A DNA stretch of 18,542 nucleotides from Trichoplax adhaerens. Lineage: Eukaryota > Animalia > Placozoa. This document shows positions 9,721 to 18,542 of the stretch, piece by piece. The stretch lies in assembly GCF_000150275.1 (NCBI RefSeq), contig NW_002061032.1:1-18542 (forward strand), in the 5' to 3' direction. Within the stretch, counting starts at the first letter, position 1. Each line of letters begins with the position of its first letter. The notes beneath the pieces are model-generated. The model ran no database searches, was not told the DNA's origin, and saw only the letters and a program-made list of their open reading frames with translations. Both the position numbers and the translations under genes were made by a program.

Positions 9721-10184
9721 ACCAAATCTCGTGAAAAGGTCACATGCAATAGCGAATAGCTACTGTGTCTCGTAATCAATGAATGCGTTATCGTAGATTT
9801 TACTGGATTCTCCGATAAAAAAGATAGGCTTCTACTATAAGTACAGTAGCTTCATGAAGTTGTATAGTCCGATTTCAGTTAGATAGTCCTAGGTAGTTGT
9901 AAGATGAATTTAATCTTATGTAATTAAGTGAAGTTTACAAAAAGCTGTAGTTCTTGTTTTGTTTTTGAGAAGACACTTTGTCTCAGAAGTTTACACAAAC
10001 TTTCGTAGCCAGTCACTGTCAAAAACCTTTCTCAAAGAATAAGCTATTATTAATAGCGAGTAAATGTATAATAGTAATTCTAAAATAAAAATGATGTTAC
10101 TCCTAATGTGTTTGGTTAGGTCTCTGGCGTTATTTTTATATCAGACTGTAATTTGAAAATGTCCGAAAATAAACCGAGAAAAAT

Positions 10185-11709
10185 GAGTAGTCTTGAACTA
10201 CTGATTGTAAAACAATCGAAAACAAGCATGAGAAAGAATGTCATATCTGTAATAATTTAGCTTAATTTTGCTAAGATACACTAAGGTTGGTGACACTTTG
10301 AACCAAGATAGAGATTAGGGGAACAACACCAGTTTATTTAATATACTTTACTTTATAAATTAAAAAGCCGCTTAAGTGAGTCTTGCAATAGGTATAACAT
10401 TATACTGTCTGACACAATCCTTCCACTATCATCTACACTAATTTGGATATTACTTGCAAGTCCTACACTAAAATCTTAAATCATCTTACAATACATTATT
10501 AAATAAAGAAATATTCTATGAAGGAGAATACTAAATATTAACCTTCATTACATATCTATCGCTATGATCTATAATATAATGACTTTCTATTACTTTATGC
10601 AACTTATTTACTTAACCTTGTGTAATTATCTTCATTAATACTGGTAATATTAATAATTTTATAACTTTATAAATGGTGAGATAAAGATTTGTGTCATAAA
10701 ATAAAAGGAATGCCACTATTTAATTTACAAGATAAAAACAGACTTCTTCTAGTCTCATTACATCTTATAATAATTTTTAATTTTTACTACGTAAATAGTA
10801 AAAAACTCCGTTAATTTGTGGTTCTCTTCCAATTATATTTCTAGATAAATATATTTTCAAATTGTCTTTTACTGACATTATTTCTCAACCCCTTTGTTTG
10901 CTTTAAATATAGTCTTAGTTTTGACAACTACATTCATTTAATATTTATTACTTTCGGATTACAATAGGATTTGTAAACAAGTCTTAACGAGGAATATCCT
11001 TAATTAGTGGAAATTTATTTTCAACCTTGTTTTATTTATGATAGATTCCCACCGCCTTTAATTTTAAAGAGTCAAGCTGACTATAGTTTACGGGCGTAGC
11101 GAAGTAGTCTTCACATAGAAGTAATCGCTGGGCTCGCATGATGTAACTGAAAGTGGGTATGCCAGTCGAATATATATTAAAGATGCGGGTAATTCCTTTG
11201 TTTGGTAGATTAGTATTATGGTATTGTTTTGATAACAATATTCATCTATTATGCTATGAATACTTATAAATATAGATATGTTATGTTTATAACATTCTGT
11301 TGTGTCATAAGAATCGTATTGTAATACTAGATGGGATAGCTATGAGTTATAAGATTAATTCTATACTAATCTCATAGATAAAATTTAGCGTAACGAGTCA
11401 TAAATTTTGTTTATGTTATAATCATGATCGATCGTTGTCGAATTTATATAAGCTAAAGGGATTTAATTCTCTTGGAATTCTCTCTTACTCTCCTATCGTT
11501 CAGCAAGGTGTAATGCTATACTGTTAGGCTCAAACTATTACTATATCTGAATTCGTGATCAAGGCTTAGCCTAAGCTTCGATTATTGTGTTAATAATTGT
11601 GTAATAGTAAATAGTATTTGCAGGANAGATACCCTTTATTACACTGGATACTGTGATAGCTTCGTAACTTTTTATCTGAGAGATAATTTTAACGTTCCGC
11701 CTACTTATG
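10185..11709 (+). repeat. Upstream flank homologous to 5341-6023, with two extra segments (about 10225-10555 and about 11083-11640)
   Basis: Same anchor blocks as 5341-6023, separated by sequence absent from the other copy. Confidence 0.85.
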
Positions 11710-12733
11710 ATGCTTTACAATAACATTTCCAACTTTACCACGAACATTGTATTTACATCTTTCTACAGTAAAGCAATACCTGGAATAATTGGATTGATTT
11801 TAAACATACTCGTTTGTTTAATTATATGCACTCATTCTTCATTACGTCAACCGTTTACCTATTTAATTTTGAATCTATCTTTTTCTGATCTGTTGGTTTC
11901 TTTAACTGTCATGATAAATGGTATCTTGGATTATTCTACTATAGCTAGATTTACTACTTATCAAAGCGCCTACATCCTATGTACGACTAATACTGCTATC
12001 GTACTAACAACATTACCTTGTGCTTGCTTAACGTTAATGGTGATGAGTTTTGAACGATATCAAGCTGTTACAGCGATTCGTCTTCGTAAAATAAAATTAA
12101 CGACAGTACTCAAAGTTATCTTAATCATATGGTTGACAGCTATTGTATCAGCAATCATACCCACCGTTTATGTTAAGTTTAATAATTACTATCCGAATGT
12201 TTGCGCTGTTGGTCGAATAGATAATTATACTCTGTTAATAATCTCTATCATATTATTTACTACAACTTGTATTCTTCCAATTATTGTAATGTTGATCATA
12301 TATGGTTTGATAATTTATAAATTAATCTATAGCAAGCAAGTTGTTAAAATAGGCCCTTCATTTATTACAAATAACAGAGAAAAAAATATTCGGCGCACTA
12401 TTTTTCCAGTTTTACTTATTTCAGTCTTTACGACTGCTTCTAGTGTCCCATATACATTATTGTGTTATTACACTCTAATTAATGAATACTATTATCCATA
12501 CTTCAGAAAGTCATTTCTTAGAAAATATAGTCGTCTTTGGATTTTTGCTGCTATGTGGTATATCTTAACACCTATTGTTAATCCCGTTTTTATATAACTT
12601 AGCTAGCAGTAAGTTTCGGAAGATTTTGCATTCACTACTATGTTACAGACGGCGTTCACTCTTTCATACAAATATAGTTTGGATAAAACCAATTTCCGGA
12701 CAAGGATTCGATTCAAGTAGAAAAACTTCTTGA
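11707..12733 (+). pseudogene. Full-length class A GPCR with a +1 C insertion in NPxxY (12583-12585) causing a stop at 12597; the original frame continues to TGA at 12731-12733
   Basis: aatcccgtttttatataac versus aatccgtttttatataac at 6886. The shifted frame reads YNLASSKFRKILHSLLCYRRRSLFHTNIVWIKPISGQGFDSSRKTS*. The 296-aa product has TM1-7 but lacks Y7.53, helix 8 and the tail. Confidence 0.8.
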
Positions 12734-14374
12734 GTTGCATTAACGCAAATTAACATTAATTATCCTCTTAATGACAGAATATTTTATTTGTAAAATTATT
12801 TTAATTATTTTATTTATTTTATTTTATAAAATTTTTCGCATCTTTCTTACATATATCTGTCACTCTGTTTTGCACCGTGGTAAATTTCGGCGTCTGCTTC
12901 CTTACATACCCATACATATATCTTCTTTTATCATTTAAGCCGATGCAAATTTACAACTTCTAAAGGCTTTGATTGTATGTTAATATACTTAATGTTTATC
13001 CGGTCTAAAACTTGCTGGTGTATGTAATATCAAAGAAAGAACATTCTACTTCGTAGTTAATTATGGAATAAGGGCAAATATTAACAATATCGCCAATCGC
13101 TAGGAGATTTGAAGTGCAGCCTAGTATGAAACTAATACACGTTACGATTAGCATAATCCATCCACTGAATAAAGTTTAAAGAGATCAAAGTTCGAAGCTA
13201 CTTTCAGCTTTCAACATTCTAAAGTAAAACGCAGTAGTAGATAACTGCTTTTGGTATTTCTATCACGTGTACTCAACTAATCGATAAAATCTACGTACTA
13301 TTTATAGTACTAGTAAACGTAAGAACAAAACTTCAGAAAAAACTTTATTATATAATGTCACTGGCTCTACTTCATATTAGTTGCGCATGCGGAATGTTAG
13401 TTAATTATCTATTCTAATTGTCTGTTCTAACAATAGTTTATCAAAAAATCTTCATCTCTATTAAAAATTGATTTGACATTAAATAACGTATATCTACGAT
13501 AGTAGATAGTATTTGTCGATAAGGATAATCAAATTTTAGATGTGCTTTTCGAAAATAAAAGGGGCGCTACGAAAATTTGCATTAATTTCTCTCTCATAAA
13601 CGGAAATACTTATATAATACTGTAAAGGAATATATTATTCTAGCTTAAATAATAGATCAAATTATAGTGCTTACATATTAATACTTAAAACTAAAGTATT
13701 TGTTGTTATAGAAATAAATTAGGACCTAGCAGTCAAATAGTATTAGCCCAATCCATTGTGATAAACTGCAATTTTACCGTCGGCATACACACTTGACGCC
13801 AAATAAAGTAGGATTAAGGTTAGTAGAGATATAGTATAATCTAGGAACGATGGCTAATTTCCCGAGAAAGACTAACATGCAGATATGTTTGGTACCAAAT
13901 AGGTTACTGCCTAGATCTGATTTATTTAGAATTAGCCCTGGTCATAAATTTAAAAATCATTGCTAAGTCATGGATGAATTTGTTCATTTTGAACATTTTT
14001 ATTATGCAAAGAATACTTAGCTTTTGATTGATATGTATTCTAGATAATTGATACTACTGAACCGATTATAATCACTGTAATAAGATTTTATGTTATGTAA
14101 TGAATGTAAAGCTGTATTAGAACCTTTGACTGGATCTCAAAACGGAAAATTAAATTTAACTGATTGACTTTATTAGAACAAACTACTTCAGAAATGTGCC
14201 ACTCTGGCTTTGCAATAAAAGAATCGTATTAAATGGATGATATTATTCACTAATTAGGGAGAACGCTTTAACGCTATCAATTACAATATCAGAGAATAAC
14301 TTATTCTTTACTTCATTACAATATGTTGAATAGAGCAATATGAATAATATGCAAGTTTAAATCTTCTAGCTTGC

Positions 14375-15115
14375 NNNNNNNNNNNNNNNNNNNNNNNNNN
14401 NNNNNNNNNNNNNNNNNNNNNNNNNNNNNNNNNNNNNNNNNNNNNNNNNNNNNNNNNNNNNNNNNNNNNNNNNNNNNNNNNNNNNNNNNNNNNNNNNNNN
14501 NNNNNNNNNNNNNNNNNNNNNNNNNNNNNNNNNNNNNNNNNNNNNNNNNNNNNNNNNNNNNNNNNNNNNNNNNNNNNNNNNNNNNNNNNNNNNNNNNNNN
14601 NNNNNNNNNNNNNNNNNNNNNNNNNNNNNNNNNNNNNNNNNNNNNNNNNNNNNNNNNNNNNNNNNNNNNNNNNNNNNNNNNNNNNNNNNNNNNNNNNNNN
14701 NNNNNNNNNNNNNNNNNNNNNNNNNNNNNNNNNNNNNNNNNNNNNNNNNNNNNNNNNNNNNNNNNNNNNNNNNNNNNNNNNNNNNNNNNNNNNNNNNNNN
14801 NNNNNNNNNNNNNNNNNNNNNNNNNNNNNNNNNNNNNNNNNNNNNNNNNNNNNNNNNNNNNNNNNNNNNNNNNNNNNNNNNNNNNNNNNNNNNNNNNNNN
14901 NNNNNNNNNNNNNNNNNNNNNNNNNNNNNNNNNNNNNNNNNNNNNNNNNNNNNNNNNNNNNNNNNNNNNNNNNNNNNNNNNNNNNNNNNNNNNNNNNNNN
15001 NNNNNNNNNNNNNNNNNNNNNNNNNNNNNNNNNNNNNNNNNNNNNNNNNNNNNNNNNNNNNNNNNNNNNNNNNNNNNNNNNNNNNNNNNNNNNNNNNNNN
15101 NNNNNNNNNNNNNNN
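14375..15115. other. N block, 741 nt
   Basis: Run of n. Confidence 0.95.
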
Positions 15116-15451
15116 TCTATGACAGCTATTCTAAAAAGTATTATTTAAAGTACAATAATGCTATCAGTTCTAGTATTTCGTACCTTCTACAGTTGAAATT
15201 ATGCAGATTATAATAGTAAATATCTTTGCTAAAAGTCATATAATCTTCTCATGACTATTTTCAATAAGATTATCTTTAAACTATTTGCTAATATTTAATG
15301 CTTGAATCTATCAATTACTTATCATTGAATAATTAAATAGGCAATTATAAGCTACACCTCTAATTATCTAATTTATATCGTAATCTCTTACCCCAACGAT
15401 TACTTATACATAAAAATACACTAGAATATTGTTTAACTGTAAAATTATGAC

Positions 15452-16498
15452 ATGGACGCCAACAGAACTATCAACCAAAGTATTAAGACTACTTATTATG
15501 CTGCTTTAATTAACACAAGTGTTGGCGTTGTTGCGTTTATTTTAAATCTATCAGTTTGCTTTATTATTATTACACATTCTACTCTACGCCAGCCATTTAA
15601 TCATCTAATACTAAATTTATCTTTTTCTGATCTCTTGGTCTCTTTAGCCGTCTTTTTCAACGGAATTTTAGATTATTTTTCAGTACAACGATTTATGTCT
15701 TATGAATTGGCTACGGTTATTTGCAAGATTAATATGTCATGTACTGTAATATCACTACCTGGTGCTTGCTTAACGTTACTTGAGATGAGTATTGAGCGTT
15801 ATCATGCTGTTGCAATAATCCAATTTCGATCTGTGAAATTATCAACGGTACGTAAGGCTATTTTGATCATTTGGATATTGGCGATTTTCTCAGCAATTAT
15901 ACCTATCATTTATACTCAGCTGGATCCTGTTTATCCAAATGATTGTTTTGTTGGCGACATTAATAATTTTGCCTTACTAGTCGTAAGCATTATAGTTTTA
16001 TTCATAGCGTGTGTGGTATCCATCGCGATTATGTTAATATTCTACAGTATCACTATTCATAAATTATGCCATAATATGGCTGTTGTTCAGCCTTTACAGA
16101 CACGAATTACTAGTAAAAGGGAACAAAATACGCGACGAACTATTATTCCAATTCTATTTCTGTCGATTTTTTCATCGATATCTAGCGTTCCGTACGTACT
16201 TCTAAATTATTATATTATCTTCAATCAATATTATACTCCTAAGTTTAGAAATAGTTTTATTCAGCAAAATCATTCTACATGGGCAGCCTCTTCAATACTG
16301 TTTATATTAACGACTATAATTAATCCTCTATTGTACAATTTGGCTAGTAGTAAATTTCGCGAAGTCATTCATGGATTAATATGTTGCCGGAATTCCTTTG
16401 CGAATAAACGTGCAAAGCAGTTGAGGCCTGTTCGAGTAATTGCCTGCAATTCAAGTGTGACTGATATTCAAAGCTGTACGGCGAAATTTAAAAAATAA
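15452..16498 (+). CDS. Intact single-exon orphan class A (rhodopsin-like) GPCR, 348 aa
   Basis: ATG..TAA with seven hydrophobic segments. N-terminal sequons NRT, NQS, NTS; TM1 N (ILN); TM2 LSFSDLL; C3.25 (VICK); SIERY; TM4 W; ECL2 Cys (PNDC); TM5 Y; TM6 SSVPY; TM7 NPLLY; helix 8 SKFR followed by ICC. Confidence 0.95.
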   Translation: MDANRTINQSIKTTYYAALINTSVGVVAFILNLSVCFIIITHSTLRQPFNHLILNLSFSDLLVSLAVFFNGILDYFSVQRFMSYELATVICKINMSCTVISLPGACLTLLEMSIERYHAVAIIQFRSVKLSTVRKAILIIWILAIFSAIIPIIYTQLDPVYPNDCFVGDINNFALLVVSIIVLFIACVVSIAIMLIFYSITIHKLCHNMAVVQPLQTRITSKREQNTRRTIIPILFLSIFSSISSVPYVLLNYYIIFNQYYTPKFRNSFIQQNHSTWAASSILFILTTIINPLLYNLASSKFREVIHGLICCRNSFANKRAKQLRPVRVIACNSSVTDIQSCTAKFKK

Positions 16499-16844
16499 TA
16501 ACATTAATGACAAATACAACTTTAAAATCATACTGGTATTAGACTACTGCAATGTTCAAACGCTATTTTTTTTGTAGACCTGTACAGTAAGGAGTTTTTT
16601 ATTTTAACGAAATCTGTTATTCTATTCTAATGAATTTCAGATAAGTACTGTATATAGGATACCTTACTGTTACAGTCTCATATAATATCTAGATTACAGT
16701 AGAAATATCTATGTTGGGATAATTTTGTTGATTTATCCTTATTTAAAGAGTTTCTAATTTAGATATGTGATGTTTAAATATAGTGATAACACTAGATTTT
16801 ATGGTGATATACTGTATGTAGTGTTTACTTCTAAATACGGTATA

Positions 16845-17057
16845 GCGTATTTTTAATAAAAGTATTAGTTTTTACTAGACTGTAGCATAACTCTTAGACT
16901 AATATAACTCTGAATATGTATGATCTATATTTAACAATTTACCCTGTGGAAATATCTCGTACTATAGCTAACTTATACTGCTTTACGCTACTGTACATTA
17001 CTATAGTTATTTAACTAGTCATGTTGTTACTCGCACGATGATCTTACACGATTATTC
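16845..17057 (+). repeat. Segment present in inverted orientation at 294-503
   Basis: Reverse-complement match, see 294-503. Confidence 0.92.
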
Positions 17058-17897
17058 TCTTACACTAGCTCTATAAAGGTTGCTCTTCCGTTAACTATTC
17101 TATTGTACTTTATTGCGACTACTACCGAACTCTCAACCTTGCGAAACATCACAATATTTATAGATACAGTCTACTGAAATCATTAGTTTAATTTAATTAG
17201 GGAATCGAGAATAATCTTCGCATAATCCAAATCACTGCGATTGTAACTTACTTACGGTAGATTGTAGTTTATCGTAGAAATGTTCCGTGATAGGACATAT
17301 TGTAATATGACAATTTTTGTATCAGTCATTCGATGTCTATGTTCGTAAATACTGTTGTCTTCATTACCTAGCAGAGGATAGAATTAGCTTCTGATTCATT
17401 AGCAGGTTTCAACGTTAGTATTACTAACTAGGATGTGTTTGCTATTGTAAAAGAGTATATAAATGCGATATATCTTATAATAAAGAGAGATCATAAGATT
17501 GGTGTTTAACGTAAAATACGTGGCGTCCAAGTCTTTTTGTAGTCTGCTAGTATAGGAAAAATGTTCCTGAAAGAGCACATATTGCCCCCTGATACGTGGT
17601 TCAGAAAGTCGACTTATTGATCGTACATTACGTTGTCTTGTTGCAAAGCTGTTTTATAACACTACTATAATAGTAATAGTTTTTCTATCTAACTTACTGA
17701 AATGATTAAGTCATAAATTCGATTTCTGTCATAATGATATTTATTTAAATGGTAACACAGAATTGAGTTAGTGTTCCTATCCTAGTTACCTTTATTGCTT
17801 CAATAATTGCCAACAACCAGTACATTCAGTTACTATTATAAATTTTAGGAAATGCTCAATTTCCATGCTTGTTAAAAAGATAATACTTCTCCGATAC

Positions 17898-18065
17898 CTG
17901 CTTTACAAAAATCTTCAATCGGATATAGCTCTATATTGAAATCTACGATTATGTCTTGTTTACCTTTTAAATAATTTTTTATCCGATAGCTGAAGTCGAA
18001 TGTATAATATAACGTATATGCATCATCTAGGAACAATTTACGAATGTAGTTAGCCAAAATTATTT
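17898..18065 (-). other. Candidate 168-nt phase 1-1 coding exon of an unknown minus-strand gene
   Basis: Minus strand reads tttctgctag|AAATAATTTTG...TGTAAAGCAG|gtatcg, with an open frame (E)IILANYIRKLFLDD...PIEDFCKA(G). No recognisable domain. Confidence 0.2.
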
Positions 18066-18542
18066 CTAGCAGAAATATTGCACTAGTATGACAGTAGTAA
18101 TCAAAATTGTCAACTTTAATTTATGTTTACGAAATTTAAATCTTCGAAAATTATCCTATTTTATAGAACTGCTCTGTTCTAAACCCTAGATATATCACTA
18201 CCATTGATGATATAAAAAAAGACAAACAATGGCTTGCAATATATGTCTTAGGATACTTATAGTAGCAAGATCGCTTAGAAGTATACTAGACCGAATTATA
18301 GGACTTTAACGCATCGAAAGACTTAGCACTCACTGTAATTATTATTGCATGATTTTAATTTTATAGAATGAAAAGCTTATTACTCTGAAATAAAAGTTTC
18401 TCACAATAGCTGTCTTAGTTAAAGGGTATTTTTTAAAAGNGCTTTAATACAAGGTTGTAGGAATAATAGAGCAATAATCAATTACTACAAGAATCTAGTC
18501 TAAAATCTAAAGTATTCAGAGCTGTCACTGTCCACCAGTACA

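Noticed and set aside
11032-11238. 68-aa minus-strand ORF
   Set aside because: Non-ATG start, crosses an indel boundary, no motif.
12580-12597. Programmed ribosomal frameshift rescuing the 11707 copy
   Set aside because: The paralogs lack the extra base and no stimulatory structure is evident; simple mutation or sequencing error is more parsimonious.
15452-16498. Opsin identity
   Set aside because: Position 7.43 is Ile (LFILTTIINPLLY), so there is no retinal-binding Lys. No specific gene symbol is supportable.

Overview
AT-rich eukaryotic (animal-like) DNA with four N blocks. The window is a tandem, same-strand (+) cluster of intronless class A (rhodopsin-like) GPCR genes from one divergent subfamily, in different stages of decay. 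One copy is intact (15452-16498, 348 aa). Two near-identical full-length copies each carry a different frameshift (6024-7059: 8-nt deletion; 11707-12733: 1-nt insertion in NPxxY). There is also an old pseudogene lacking TM3-ECL2 (3521-4280), a 5'-truncated TM7/C-tail fragment (696-893), and the 3' tail of a close duplicate of the intact gene at the left edge (1-169). The subfamily keeps D2.50, C3.25, ERY and NPxxY but replaces CWxP with SSVP and lacks S3.39 and N7.45. The spacers hold duplicated flanks, a microhomology-bounded inversion, perfect hairpins, short tandem repeats and probable decayed LINE and Penelope-like relics. Base composition and intronless GPCR arrays suggest an early-branching metazoan such as a placozoan; this is inference and unverified. 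All alignments were done by eye.
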